From Chiloscyllium plagiosum (lineage: Eukaryota): a stretch of DNA of 64,000 nt. Of the stretch, positions 25,072 through 38,171 are shown one piece after another; the stretch's first letter is position 1; each line of letters begins with the position of its first letter. Location of the stretch: positions 78,294,935 through 78,358,934 of the forward strand of contig NC_057718.1 in assembly GCF_004010195.1 (NCBI RefSeq), given 5' to 3'. The notes under the pieces were generated by a model. It was given only the letters and a program-made list of their open reading frames with translations. It did no database searches and was not told the origin of the DNA. The translations under genes were made by a program, and so were the position numbers.

Positions 25072-25837
25072 GTAAGCATCTTAAACTAAAGTGCACTTAA
25101 GATTTCTAAATTTATTCTTCCAAATGTATGTAAGCGTTAATAATGAAACCATTTAAAATGGTCATAATTCTTCAATTATGTATGACCAATTGAGGTTTTG
25201 AGTGTGAATGTCCATTGTTGGTACTATTGTAAGCTCTAAAACAAAACAGCGAAAGGGAGCAAGCCTAATGTTACTTGCACCACCCTCATTCCCCAAGTTT
25301 ACCAGACGTGCACAATTTTCCCAAATGATAGTCAGTGTTGTACTATTTTTTTTCTATTGCTATTTTTGCTTTAAAGGAATTTTTTTTTGAAACCCAAGCA
25401 CTAATTCTTTAATACTAGCCATTGTCTCTAATGTTAAACCTGTTGGTGTTTTTCCAGTTCACCACAACAAACATCCTCATACCTCCATAGTTGCTCTCTA
25501 TTAGATATAGATCCTAGTTATGGATTGAACCATGTCATTGTTGAACTTGATGGAAAAGACTATCATACGATGTTCAATATTCCTTTAAAAGTTGTTTTGC
25601 ATCAAGATTATTAGTTCGTTCTCATTGCATGGTACTAGATCTAAAATAGCTTTTGCCCTTGTTGATTCCTCAACATGTTACTCTGGTAAAGTCTTTCAAA
25701 CACATTCCAAGCAATCTTCATTTGCAACATTATTCCTTACTACTTCTATACAGCCTGAATGTAAATTGAAGCTACGCATGATTGCAGCATTCACTGTTAT
25801 ATACCCTTCTATTTTCTTGGTTTATACCATGTCCTAT

Positions 25838-28036
25838 GTCAATAGACAATAGGTGCAGGAGTAGGCGATTCAGCCCTTTGAGCCAGCACCACCATTCATT
25901 ATGTTCATGGCTGATCATTCACAATCAGTATCTTGTTCCTGCCTTATCCCCATAACCCTTGATTTCATTATTTAAGAGCTCTGTCCATCTCTTTCTGTAA
26001 AGTAACCAGAGACTTGGCCTCCACTGCCTTCTGGGACAGAGCATTCCATACATGCACCACTCTCTGGGTGAAGAAGTTTCTCCTCAACTGTGTTCTAAAT
26101 GGCCTATTTTGAAACTGTCTCCTCTGGTTCTGGGCTCACCCATCAGCGGAAACATGCTTCTTGCCTCCAGAGTGTCCAATCCTTTAATAATTTTATACAT
26201 CTCAATCAGATCCCCCTCTCATCCTTCTAAACTCAAGTGTATACAAGTCCAGTCGCTCCAATCTTTCAACATACGATAGTCCCGCCATTCTGGGAATTGA
26301 CCTAGTGAACCTATGCTACACTGCCTCAATAGCCAGAATGTCTTTCCTCAAATTTGGAGACCAAAGCTACACACTATATTCCAGATGCGGTCTCACCAGG
26401 GCCCTATACAGCTGCAGAAGGACCTCTTTGCTCCTATATTTAATTCCTCTTATGAAGGCCAGCATGCCATTAGCTTTCTTCACTGCCTGCTGTGCCTGCA
26501 TGCTTACTTTCATTGACTGATGTATAAGAACACCTAGATCTCGTTGTACTTCTCCTTCACCTAACTTGATTTAGATAATAATCTGCCTTCCTGTTCTTGC
26601 CACCAAAGTGGATAACCACACATTTACTCACATTAAACTGCATCTGCCATGCATCCGTCCACTCACCTAGCCTGTCCAAGTCACCCTGTATTCTCATAAC
26701 ATTCTCCTCCCATTTCACCCTGCCACCAGCTTTGTGTCATCAGCAAATTTGCTAATATTACTTTTAATGCTTTCATCTATATCACTATATATTGTAAACA
26801 GCTGTGGTCCTAGCACTGAATGATGTGGTACCCCACTGGTTACTGCCTGCTGATCCAAAAGGGACCCGTTTATCACTACTCTTTGCTGCTTGTCAGTCAG
26901 CCAATTTTCAATCCAAGTTAGTACCTGGCCCCCAATACCATGTGCCCTAATTTTGCTCACTAATGTCCTATGTGGGACCATATCAAAGGCTTTCTGAAAG
27001 TCCAGGTACACTACATCCACTAGCTCTCCCTTGTCCATCTTCATAGTTACATCCTCAAAATTCCAAAGATTAGTCAAGCAAGATTTCCCCTTTGTAAATC
27101 CATGCTGACTGACCTATCCTGTTAGTGCTATCCAAATGAGTTGCAATTTCATATTTCTAAATGACTCCAGTATCTTTTCCACCACTGACGTCAGTCTTAC
27201 TAGTCTATAATTCTGTTTTTTTTCTCCCTTCCTTCTTGAAAAGTAGGACAACATTAACCACCCTCCAATCCACAGGAACTGATCCTGAATCGATAGAACA
27301 TTGCAAAATGATTATCAATGCGTCCACTATTTCTAGAGCCACCTCCTTAAATACCCTGGGATGCAGACCATCAAGTACTGGGGACTTATCAGCCTTCAGA
27401 CCTAACAGTCTACCCAACACCATTTCTTGCCTAATATAAATTTCCTTCAGTTCATCCATTACCCTAGGTCCTTCAGCCTCAATTACATCTGGGAGATTGG
27501 ATCTGTCTTCCCCAGTGAAGACAGATCCAAAGTACCTATTCAACTCTTCAATTTCCTTGTTCCCATAATAAATTCATCTATTTGTCTTCAAGGGCCCAAT
27601 TTTAGTCTTAACCATTTTTTTCTTTTCAGATACCTAAAAAAGCTTTTACTATTCTCCTTCATATTTTTGGCTGGTTTGTCTTCGTACCTCTCTTTCTCTA
27701 AATATTGCCTTTTTAGTTATCCTCTGCTCTTTAAAGGTTTCCCAGTCCTCCGGCTTCCTGCTGATCTTTGCTACTTCTCTTTTATCTTTATACAGTCATT
27801 AACTTCCCTCGTCAGCCATGGCTATCCCTGCCTCCCCTTAGCATCTATCTTCCTCTTTGGAATGAACTAGTCCTGCACCTTCTGCGTTATATCCAGAAAT
27901 ATCTTCCACTGCTAGGGTATTGAACCATTGACCTTTGACCAGCTCTTCTCTGAGCTCTATAGTTCCCTTTGTTCAACTGCAATACTGACCCTCCCGATTC
28001 TCCCTTCTCCCTCTCAAATTGTAGATTTACACTTAT
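25838..28036 (-). mobile_element. CR1 LINE, 5'-truncated ORF2 relic
   Basis: ORF-track fragments ADKSPVLDGLHPRVFKEVA, VYLDFQKAFD, SGVP..SVLGP, KFADDTKL; tail caatagacaatag. Confidence 0.93.
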
Positions 28037-28387
28037 ATTATATAACGTAGAACAATATAGCGCAGAACAGGCCCTTCGGCCCTCAGATGTTGCGCCGGCC
28101 TGTGAACTATTCTCAGCTCGTCCTCCTACACTATCCCAAAATCATCCATGTGCTTATCTAAGGATTGTTTAAATCTCCCTAATGTGGTTGAGTTGACTAC
28201 ACTAGCAGGTAGGGCATTCCACGCCCTTACCACTCTCTGCATTAAAAACCTGCCTCTGACATCTGTCTTAAATCTATCACTCCTCAATTTGTAGTTATGC
28301 CCCCTCATACACACTGATGTCATCATCCTAGGAAAAAGACTTTCACTGTCTACCCTATCTAATCCTCTGATCATCTTGTATATCTCT

Positions 28388-29089
28388 GGATGTAGGTTTG
28401 CTCGCTGAGCTGAAAGGTTCATTTCCAGATGTTTATTACCTTAGTAGGTAACATCTTCAATGGACCTCATGCGAAGCAATGCTGAAACTTCCTGCTTTCT
28501 ATTTGGTTGGGTTTCTTTGGCGAAGTCACTTCCTGTTCCTTTTCTCAGGGGGTGGTAGATGGGGTCTAACCTGATGTTTGTTGATAGTTCTGGTTGGAAT
28601 GCCATGCTTCTAGGAATTCTCGTGTCTTTTTGTTTGGCTTGTCCTGGGATGGATGTGTTGTCCCAGTCAAAGTGGTGTCCTTCCTCATCCGTACACTCAC
28701 TAGTATCCTCACATACAGATGAAGAAGGACACCACTTCGACTGGGACAATACATCCATCCTAGGACAAGCCAAACAAAGATGCCTGAGAATTCCTGGAAG
28801 CATGGCATTCCAACCGGAGGTCTATCAACAAACACATCGAATTAGACCCCACCTACCATCCCCTGAGAAAAGGAACAGGAAGTGACTTCACCGGAAATAA
28901 CATACCAAAGGAAATGGCATCACCAACCCAAAGGAACCCAAACATAGCAGGAAGTTTCAGTATTGCTTCGCATGAGGTTCACTGAAGATGTTACCTAGTA
29001 AGGTAATGAAACGTCTGGAAATGAACCTTTCATCTCAGCGAGCAAATCTGCATCCAAAACCTCAACCTGAGCTACAAATTTTCTCAAAA
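28388..29089. mobile_element. Fold-back Penelope-like element (family C) with endonuclease C-terminal relic
   Basis: ~300-bp inverted arms, both encoding EEGHHFDWDNTSI.GQAKQ..REFLEAWHSN; duplication cttgtatatctct (28375) / cttgtacgtctct (29090). Confidence 0.88.
28978..29019 (+). ncRNA. Minimal type I hammerhead ribozyme motif (sense to IGF2R)
   Basis: uuca-CUGAAGA-U-GUUACCU-AGUA-AGGUAAU-GAAA-C-GUC-ugga: helix I 4 bp, helix II 7 bp, ACGU palindrome, predicted cut after C29015. Confidence 0.8.
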
Positions 29090-29642
29090 CTTGTACGTCT
29101 CTATCAAATCCCCTCTTAGCTGCTGCCTTGCCAATGAGAACAGGTTCAAGTCTCTCAGCCTTTCCCCATAAGACCTTCCCTGCAGACCAGGCAACATCCT
29201 CGTAAATCTCCTCTGAACCTTTTCCAGTGCTTCCACATTCTTCCTGAAATATGGGGACCAGAACTGTACACAATATTCCAAGTGTGGCAGTACCAGCGTT
29301 TTGTATAATTGCAACATGATATCGTGGCTCCGAAACTCAATCCCTCTACGAATGAAACCTAACATGCCGTATCCCTTAACAGCACTATCCACCTGGGTGG
29401 CAACCTTTAGGAATCTATGTACATGGACTTCAAGATCCCTCTGCACATCCACACTACCAAGAATGGTCACTACCTCCTGATGGCTCCTTTGCTTCACCAA
29501 ATAAAATGGTATATAAACCAAACCATGTTTGCTGCCACTTCCTGTTTCTGCTTGATTCTTCCAATCTGAGATCCTCTCACTGATATTCTGACCCCATCCC
29601 TCATCAGCACTACCCAACTCTGTTTTCCTTTCAATGGTAGCC

Positions 29643-30115
29643 ATGATGTGGAGGTGCCATTGTTGGATTGATGTGGGCAAGGTCAAGTCACAATGCGCCA
29701 GGTTGTAGTCCAACAGGCTTATTTAAAATCACAAGTTTTTGGAGCACTGCCCTTTCATCAGGTGAAGCAAAGGAAAGCATACAGGCACAATTTATTGGCA
29801 GAGAGATCAAGATTGTACAAATAGTGAGAGGAGTGTCGACAGGCTGAATGGTAAGTCTCAGCAGGTGATCGACAATGTCAGATGGTGAATAAAGTGTCAA
29901 AGGCTGAATAGTAAATGAAAGGGATGACCAATGATCCAGCTAATTGAGGCAGAGGTAATTACAAATAAGGTGTGCTGGAGACAAACCTGAAGGCTGGGAA
30001 TAACATGATCGATGTAATGGTTGCCTGCTAAGGATCTGATCAAAGTAACGAGTAGTCCGAAACCCTACAAACTAAGATAGCGATCAGTTTATCAAGGTGA
30101 TGTTGTTAAAACTGG
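29643..30115 (-). mobile_element. Penelope-like 3' terminal region (family B-related), degenerate hammerhead
   Basis: Minus strand cac-ctgatga-aagggcagtgctcc-aaaaact-tgtg (GAAA mutated) followed by the family B terminal sequence. Confidence 0.7.
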
Positions 30116-30116
30116 A

Positions 30117-30329
30117 TGTACTGGGCAATGTACTGATTGTACTGATTGATTAGAGTGGTTAGCCTGGGCTAATCCGGAAAGCTTCGGCTGACCAATATAG
30201 GCAGGAGGTCAGGATCTCCTCCTCCATTCGAGAGCTGACTCCAAACTGGTTGGCCACAGTCAGTGTACTGTCAATTCCTAAATAAAGGGGGAATTGGTGA
30301 CAGGACCCAGCCTCTAGGTAGTTATTTCA
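30117..30329 (+). mobile_element. Probable short solo LTR
   Basis: TG...CA ends, ccaatatagg promoter-like motif, aataaa about 45 nt before the end; no target duplication visible. Confidence 0.5.
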
Positions 30330-30679
30330 TAAAATTATACCCATTTTCTTCTTGTGTCACTGATTTGTCTATCTTGTTAATTGTATGAATGGAAGGGAGC
30401 AGTGTAAAATGTTACAATTGGAAAGAATAGGGTTTCCAATCTACCGAGGTATGTAAGGCTATATGCGATGACTTTGCTTCTTTTTCAACTGCACAACATC
30501 CCTCAGCAATATCACCGCATTAGCTTCCACTTGTGCTTTGACAAGCAGCTGTATCTCAACCAGACTTCTCTGATCCCTCCACTTTCTGAAAATATTAAGC
30601 CATTCATCTTATTTTTGTCAGCAGCAAGTACATTTTAGTTTGAGAATCAATGTAGAAACAAATGAGAAACTTCCTTTGC

Positions 30680-31245
30680 CTCAGCTTATCCGGGTCTATC
30701 TATTCTAATTCCATTTTCCAGCACTTGGCAGATGGCCTTTGTGCTATGGCATTTCAGCTGCTCATCTGAGTACATCTAAGATTGAGGGCTCCTGCTTCTA
30801 TCAACCTTTTTAAAAATGAGTTTTCAGCTACTCATCAACCTCTGGGTGAAATTAATCCTGAAATCTTGCCCCAAGCACCTGCTCCAACTTAACTAATCCA
30901 TTCTTGTTGACTCTCTCTCTACCCTTCAAACTTTGCGTCAATCAGATTTCTCGTGCAGTCAAATCTTGCCTAGTGTGGCAACCAGAACTCTGCACAGTAC
31001 TCCAGCTGTGTCCTATCCAACATTGTAAGCATCACATTGCTCTTAAATTCAATACCATGACTATTAAAGGGAATATTTAATATGCTGCCATAATCTCTCT
31101 TGATCTGTCCTGCTACCTTCAAGGATCTATGGATGTGCACACCAAGTTTGCTCTGATCCTCTGCCTCAGAGGGTCCTACCATTGAACATGTGCTCTGTTA
31201 ATTTTCCCAAAATGCATCTCTCACTTGTCAGAATTGAATTCCCTT
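30680..31245 (-). mobile_element. Decayed CR1 3' fragment
   Basis: Minus ORF LGVHIHRSLKVAGQI...QLEYCAEFWLPH. Confidence 0.75.
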
Positions 31246-31249
31246 TGTC

Positions 31250-31536
31250 GCACAGTGGTTAGTACTGCTGCCTCTCAGCGCCAGAAACCTGGGTTCAATT
31301 CCTGCCTCAAGAAACTGTCTGTGTGGAGTTTGCACGTTCTCCCCGTGACTGCGTGGGTTTCCTCCCAGGGTCCAAAAATGTGCACTTTAGGTGAATTGAC
31401 CATGCCAAATTGCCCGTAGTATTAGGTGAAGGGATAAATGTAGGAGAATGGGTCTGGGTGGGTTGCTCTTTGGAGGGTCGGTGTGGACTTGTTGGGCCGA
31501 AGGGCCTGTTTCCACACTAAGTAATCTAATCTAATC
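31250..31536 (+). mobile_element. HE1-type V-SINE
   Basis: Aligns with 16108-16424; (taatc)n tail; small internal deletion. Confidence 0.9.
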
Positions 31537-31544
31537 ACTTCTAC

Positions 31545-32083
31545 AGAAAATTGTGAGCAATTCTGTTCTCCTTCCTCTTGGAAGGATGTTGCGAAACTTG
31601 AAAGGGTTCAGAAGAGATTTACAAGGATGTTGCCTGGGTTGGAGGATTTGAGCTATAGGGTGAGGTTGAATAGGCTGGGCTGTTTTCCCTGGAGTGTCTT
31701 GAGGCTGAGGGGTGACCTTTTTATAGAGGTTTATAAAATCATGAGGGACAGGTATTAAGGTAAAATAGACCAAGTCTTTTCCTTGGGGTGGGGGTCCAGA
31801 ATTAGAGTGCATAAGTTTAGGTTGAGGAAAGATATAAAAGGGACATAAGGGGCAACTTTTTCACGCAGAGGATGGTGCATGTGTGGAATGAGCTGCCAGA
31901 GGAAGTGGTGGAGGTACATTTGCATTATTTAAAAGGCATTAGTGGATATATGAATAGGAAGGATTTAGAGGAATATGGCCCAAGTGCAGGCAAATGGGAT
32001 TAGATTAGGTTAGGATATCTGGCCGGTATGGACGAGTTGACCCGAAGGGTATGTTTCCGTGCTGTACATCTCTGACTCTATCT
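31545..32083 (+). mobile_element. CR1 LINE 3' end
   Basis: [20 protein letters not shown]; 3' UTR gtttccgtgctgtacatctctgactcta; same subfamily as 12922 and 54486 copies. Confidence 0.9.
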
Positions 32084-32228
32084 GACTAGTCTGTCTATAT
32101 CATCCTGTATTCTGAGGCTTTAATCAGTTTTCCTGCCGTCATAAACTGAGTGTTGTGCCAATAATATTTTCTGTTCCAATTTCCCAACTTCAGGGATTAT
32201 ACTCTGAATTAATTCAACAGAGTTGAAC

Positions 32229-32403
32229 TCTGACACCAGGTTATAGTCCAACAGATCCATTTGAAATCACACGCTTTCGGAGTGTTAGCCCTTCTCCTGT
32301 TGACGGGGCAGTGCTCCGAAAGTCTGATTTCAAATAGACCTGTTAGACTATCATCTGACTTCTGACCTAGTCCACCCCAATCCAACATCACCACCACGTC
32401 GTC
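32229..32403. mobile_element. Fold-back Penelope-like terminal remnant (family B)
   Basis: Inverted arms tatagtccaacag...gctttcggag / ctccgaaag...ctgttagactat; hammerhead-like ctgttga-cggggcagtgctcc-gaaagtc (A6 mutated) at 32297-32324. Confidence 0.75.
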
Positions 32404-32639
32404 ATTCATCAGAGCACAGATTAATTGAAGTGCTCTGCACCTTAATTGCACTTGCCTATCATTTTTGGAGGAAGTGAGGCTAGTCTTGCACCACATCTCC
32501 TTAGATTGGAGGTTTCCAATTTACTAGACTTTGAAGAAAGATGTATTTTGGCTTCTGTGCACGTGCAAGGGTTAATAGCTTATAATTGCCCAATGTATCA
32601 GAGAGGTGGTTGATTTTATTATGAAGTTTTTTTCATCTT

Positions 32640-32739
32640 CCTGTTCAGACATGTTTTGAGACATCTGTGGATTAGTTAGGACTTCAAACCAGACCGACCT
32701 TCCAAAGTGAAGGGTACTACCACTGCACCTCAAGACCCT
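32640..32739 (-). mobile_element. Short tRNA-derived SINE (copy of 10364-10458 family)
   Basis: cctgttcagacatgtt...ggacttcaaacc...actaccactgcacc.caaga.ccc. Confidence 0.65.
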
Positions 32740-33541
32740 GCAGTATTTCTTGAAATGTGCTCCTAAGAGCAAACCAAAGTAGGCAATTTGACCCCTTGAG
32801 GCTGCTTTGTTGGCTCTGATCTGATTTTAACTCAAATCTGCATTCTTGCTTGTGTTTAATTACTGTTCACCCTCTTGCTTAAAACTTCAGACTGCTTACA
32901 TTTCCCTTGGCAGGAAGTGTTCCAAAGACTTTTACATTATATCTTTTAAATGGGTGATCCCGTTTTTAGCTCATGACTCAGTTCTAGACAACAAAACATT
33001 CTCTTCCCATCTAACCTGTTAAGACAACTCCATCTTATGTTTCGTTTAGGTTTCCTCTTACTCTTCTAAATTTCAGTTGATAACAAACCTTGCCTGTCAA
33101 TACTTCCTTGTAAGGCAGTCTGCTCATTTGAGGTGTTATCTCAAAACCTCTGATCTGCTTCCCATGTATTTACATCCTTCCTCAAAGCTTTCTTTTGTCA
33201 TCTACAGTTGAAGATTAGAAACTCTTCTGTTTCAGTATTAATTTGTTCTGAAGCCAGTTGAAGACGTGTGAAATTAGACATGATTTACTTAAATCTAGTT
33301 CATGTACAGAAGGCAACATTGCAAAGATAAGCCTCTTTCCTAATTAATCCTTGTTGCCCTAAAAGTTCTCCATGTCCTCTAGATTCTTATTGTCCTCCAA
33401 CTGTAAAGCATTAACATTAATACAATTAACTTAATTCACCAGTAGATTAATTGCATGTTTTATTGTGCCTACTTTGTAAATTTTAATTAAAACCATTGTT
33501 AGTTGTTGCCTTGTAAAAATTATTGTTCTGTTTATTCCTAG

Positions 33542-33689
33542 GGTTTTTGTATGACCTTTCACCTCTAACCAAAGAAAATGGGCATTACCAAGTTAAATCT
33601 GAGACGTACAATTTCTATATAAATGTATGTGGCAATGTTTTCAAGGATGGCTGTGAGAAAAATTCTGGTGCTTGTCAGGAATCCCTGCT
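33542..33689 (+). CDS. IGF2R: IGF2R exon 7 of window, domain 5
   Basis: ctag|GG...CT|gtaagt; FLYDLSPLTKENGHYQVKSETYNFYINVCGNVFKDGCEKNSGACQESL; 148 nt; phase 1/2. Confidence 0.96.
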
Positions 33690-35094
33690 GTAAGTGACCA
33701 TTGGTTTGGTGCAACCAGTGTGTTTGTATGAATTTGTTCGTGAATTTGGTACACTGAATACATTGACTATGGAGAGCATAGGAATGTATTAATCTGTCGT
33801 TTTTCTAAATGCAACATGCTACTTTTCTATAAAATTATTTGCTGACAGTCTCTTGAGATGCACATTGATGTCGCTCTGATTTTTTTAAGTTATGGATTTA
33901 AGGGTTATTTTGTGTTGATATTTAGTGTCATTCTGGCTTAATTGTGTTATTGCTAAAACTAGTGGCGTGTGTCACCCCTAGGATCATGCTGAAATACAAG
34001 CTAACTTACTGTCTCCTCTACCCCATCTCCAACAGCAAGTAAGCTACACTCTTGAATTGCAGCATTACCAAGATGAAGACCACCTAATCAGCTGTTTCTG
34101 TCACTTCTTTCCTTAGCCCCTCAAATCAAACTTCCTGTAAGGGTCTCCTGAGGGGTGATAATTATCTGTCCATCAGCTCTAAAGTCATGAACTTTTGCAT
34201 TAATGCAAGCTGCTGTCCCATTTCTGACTTCTCATGTGTCTCCAGTCTTGGAGCACATTGTCATCTCCCAAACTGGTGCCCATCTCTCCAGAATTTTGTA
34301 TTTGAATCCTGCTCTTGCTCTCTATATTCTGAAATGTCATTTAGTCAAGTTATAAATCGCATCTTATCTGACCGTGATACCTCCAACAATTTCAATAGCA
34401 TCCATTGACAAAGTTGATCACTCCAACCCTCTGTAATTTCTCTCCATCACCATCCAACTGGGTGAAAAATGCATTCAGCTGATCCCATTCCTTTTTATTG
34501 CAGCCAGAGAATTGCCATCAATTGCATTTATTTTCAGTTAATTCCAGTATACCTTGATCTATGTTTGGATCCCTCCTAATTGTATGTATGTTGCTTGGCA
34601 TTGTCAACTGAAAACAGATCAGCTTTTACATGTACACCCTCTTTTCACGTCTACTGTCAGACAGGCAGCTTTGGGTGAGCAAACATTGCCTTCAATTCAA
34701 TTCTTAGAAGATGGCAGCCTTATTATAAATCCGTGCTCCCTCACTGCGATTCAACACCCGACCTGGTAACACTCCAGCCACCATTTTGGAATTACATTTG
34801 ATCGGAAAATGAGTTTTCTGCATGATTGCTCAGACCGCTCATTTCCTCCTCCTAACATTTTCCAGTTTCTTCTGCTCCATATGTAACTTAGTACCATTTT
34901 GTTCTCCATGGAGTTTTATGTTCAGTAAATAAAAGTTGTTCTATTTCTGCTGTTGAAGAAAGCTACTCCACTCACTTACAAAGATCGGAATGTTGAAATT
35001 ACTACTTGTTGTCCAGTTCGTACCTGCCCTGCATATCTGATGTGACGCTGATCATCTCCTGTTTTTGTGTTCTAATTATGCGTTTAATCCTTAG

Positions 35095-35272
35095 TGATCA
35101 AACCTTTTGGAACCTAGGGGAGTCCAATTCGAGATTGTCATACTATGATGGGATCATTCATCTGGTTTATACAAATGGGACAGCATACAACAATGGGCAG
35201 CACGTCAGACGATCCACACACATAACATTCCTGTGTGATCGAGATGCAGGTGAAGGACATCCAGAATTTGAG
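35095..35272 (+). CDS. IGF2R: IGF2R exon 8 of window, domain 5
   Basis: ttag|T...GAG|gtcagt; [59 protein letters not shown]; 178 nt; phase 2/0. Confidence 0.96.
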
Positions 35273-38042
35273 GTCAGTTATTAGACTTCTGTATGGGCAA
35301 GTTGATACTAAAAAACACCAGTCCTTTCACTGACTTTGTTTGTTTAGTACTGTTGCCTGATAATTTCCAGTTTAGAGTTTTAGTAAGCAGTTAGACGAAA
35401 CCCTATTTTAGGATCTTTGCTTCATTTGTGAGCTGATGAAATTAATTTCTCAACTTGTTAGAACCTATTAACCTGACTGGTGAGCCATTGCAATAAGTCT
35501 GAGGGAATGAAAGCATTTTCAAAATTGTGCATTCACTTACTATTGAAGTTGGTCATTTTTGAATAGGATTTGCTTTAAAAAAAATTCATGTCATGTTTCT
35601 TGGCTCCTTAATAGCTTCCTTCCAAGTTCCAAAGTTTTTCAAATTCTCAAATTGTGATGAAAAGGAAAGCAAATGCAGTGTTAGCAAATTCATGAGGGCT
35701 AGAATACAAGCGCAGAGATACTGCTGAGGCTGTATAATACTCGAGTGAGACCACATTTGGAATATTGAGGGCAGTTTTGGGCCCTGTATCTCGAATAAGA
35801 ACGTAGATCAATACAGCACAGAACAGGCCCTTCGGCTCTTGATGTTGCGGCGACCCGTGAACTATTCTCAGCTAGTCACCCTACACTATTCCAAAATCAT
35901 CCATGTGCTTATCTAAGAATTGTTTAAATCTCCCTAATATGGCTGAGTTGACCACCTTCACAGGTAGGGCATTCCACGCCCTTACCACACTCTGCTTAAA
36001 GAATTTGCCTCTGACATCTGTCTTAAATCTATCACCCCTCAATTTGTAGTTGTGTGCTCTCGTACAAGCTGACATCATCATCCTACGAAAAAGTCTTTGT
36101 CTACCCTATCTAATCCCCTGATCATCTTGTATGTCTTTATCAAATCCCCCCTCTTAGCCGCCTTCTCTCCTATGAGAACAGACCCAAGTCTCTCAGCCTT
36201 TCCTCATAAGACCTTCCCTCCAGACCAGGCAACATCCTGGTAAATTTCCTCTGCACCTTTTCCAATGCTTCCACATCCTTTCTGTAATGGGGTGACCAGA
36301 ACTGTACACAATATTCCAACTGTGGTTGCACCAGTGTTTGTATGCTGGTTCCAGAACTCAATCCCTCTACCAATGAAACCTAATGCACCATGTGCCGCCT
36401 TAACAGCACTATCCACCTGAGTGGCAACTTTTAGGGATCCATGCATATGGACTCCAAGATCCCTCTGCACATCCACACTACCAAGATTCTTTCCATTGAC
36501 AAGTACTCTGCCATCCTGTTATTCTTCCCAAAGTGCATCACCTCACATTTAGTTGCATTGAACTCCATTTGCCACCTCTCAGCCGAATTCTGCAGTTTAT
36601 CCAAGTCCCCCGCAACATTCTTCCAAACTGTCCACTACTCCACCGACTTTAGTGTCGTCTGCAAATTTACTAATCCATCCACCTATGCCTGCGTCTTTGT
36701 CATTTATAAAAATGACCAACAGCAGTGGTCCCAAAACAGATCCCTGTGGCAGACCACTAGTAACTGTACTCCAGACTGGTTTCCATCAACCACCATTTGC
36801 TGCCGCCTTCCAGAAAGCCAGTTTGTAATCCAAACTGCTAAATCACCCTCCATTCCATGGCTCTGCATTTTCTCCATCAGCCTACCATGTGGAATCTTAT
36901 TAAAGGCTTTACTGCAGTCCAAGTATAACACGTCAACTGCCCTAACGTCATCTACATGCTTGGTCACCTTCTCAAAAAACTGAGGTTTGTGAGACACGAC
37001 CTGCCCTTGACGAAACCATGTTGACTATCTGAAATCAAATTGTTGCTTGCTAGATAAATCTTATCTCTTATAATTCTTTCCAAAACCTTTCCTACAACAG
37101 AAGTAAGGCTCACCGGTCTATAATTACCTGGGTCATCTCTGCTGTCCTTGAACAAGGGTACAACATTTGCAATCCTCCAGTCCTCAGGTACTAAACCCAT
37201 AGACAATGACGACTCAAATATCAAAGCCAAAGGCTCTGCTATCTCCTCTCTAGCTTCCCAGAGAATCTTTGGATAAATCCTATCTGGCCCTGGGGACTTG
37301 TCTATTTTTGCTCCTTCTAGAATTAATAACACCTGTGTGTAACTAACCTTGATCCTTTCTCGTCTAGTATCTTGTACGTCTTTCTTCTCTACAATATTTT
37401 CCTTTTCCTGAGTGAACACCAATGAGAAATGTCCATTTAGCACCTTTCCGATCTCTACAGGGTCCACACTCAACTTCCCACTTCTGTCTTTGGCCCTATT
37501 GCTACCCTAATCATCCTTTTATTCCTCACATACCTATAGAAAGCTTTAGGGTTCTCCTTTATTTTATTTGCTAAAGACTGCTTGTGTCCTCTCTTTGCTC
37601 TTCTTAACTTTCTCTTTAAATCCTTCCTAGCTGATCTGTAACTCTCCATTGCCTCATCTGTACCATCTTGCCTCATCAACACACAAGCCTCTTTCTTCTT
37701 AACAAGAGATGCAAGTTCTGTCGTAAACCACGGTTTCCTTACCTTATCACTTCCTCCCTGCCTGACAGACATACCTATCAAGGACATGCAATATCTGTTC
37801 CTTAAATCAGCTCCACGTTTAGATTGTCTGCATCCCCTGCATTTTGCTACCCCATTCTATGCATCTAATTCTTGCCTAATCGCATAATAATTGCCTTTGC
37901 CCCATCGATAACTCTTGACCTGTGGCATGTACCTATCCCTTTCCACTGCTAAACTAAACGTAACTGAATTGTGGTCACTCTCTCAAGTGCTCACCTGAAC
38001 TACATCGAACACCTGGCCTGGTTCATTACCTGGTTCATTACC

Positions 38043-38171
38043 ATTCCTGAAGAAGGGCTAATGCCCGAAACGTCGATTCTCCTGTTCCCTAGATGCTGCC
38101 TGACCTGCTGCGCTTTTCCAGCAACACATTTCCATCTCTGATCTCCAGCATCTGCAGACCTCACTTTCTCC
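38043..38171 (+). mobile_element. Single-arm Penelope-like terminal remnant (family A) inside CR1 APE
   Basis: attcctgaagaagggc...ctcactttctcc flanked by tcattacc (38035-38042, 38172-38179). Confidence 0.88.
38045..38076 (+). ncRNA. Minimal hammerhead ribozyme motif (sense to IGF2R)
   Basis: uc-CUGAAGA-A-GGGC-UAAU-GCCC-GAAA-C-GUC-ga; intact core, ACGU palindrome, only ~2-bp helix I; predicted cut after C38074. Confidence 0.72.

Larger units (their letters stand above)
28040..29465 (-). mobile_element. CR1 LINE 3' portion, interrupted by a Penelope-like element
   Basis: [19 protein letters not shown]...[13 protein letters not shown]; tail acgtagaacaatatagc; same subfamily as 35794-38538. Confidence 0.92.

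Noticed and set aside
29084..29713. 209-aa ORF as a novel chimeric gene
   Set aside because: Chance read-through across a Penelope terminus, unique sequence and the CR1 ORF2 C-terminus; non-ATG start and no splice support.
34000..34870. Ancient L2-like relics (also ~54000-54390 and 56520-58050)
   Set aside because: Composition and scattered words suggest very old LINE debris, but I could not recover convincing motifs or boundaries.
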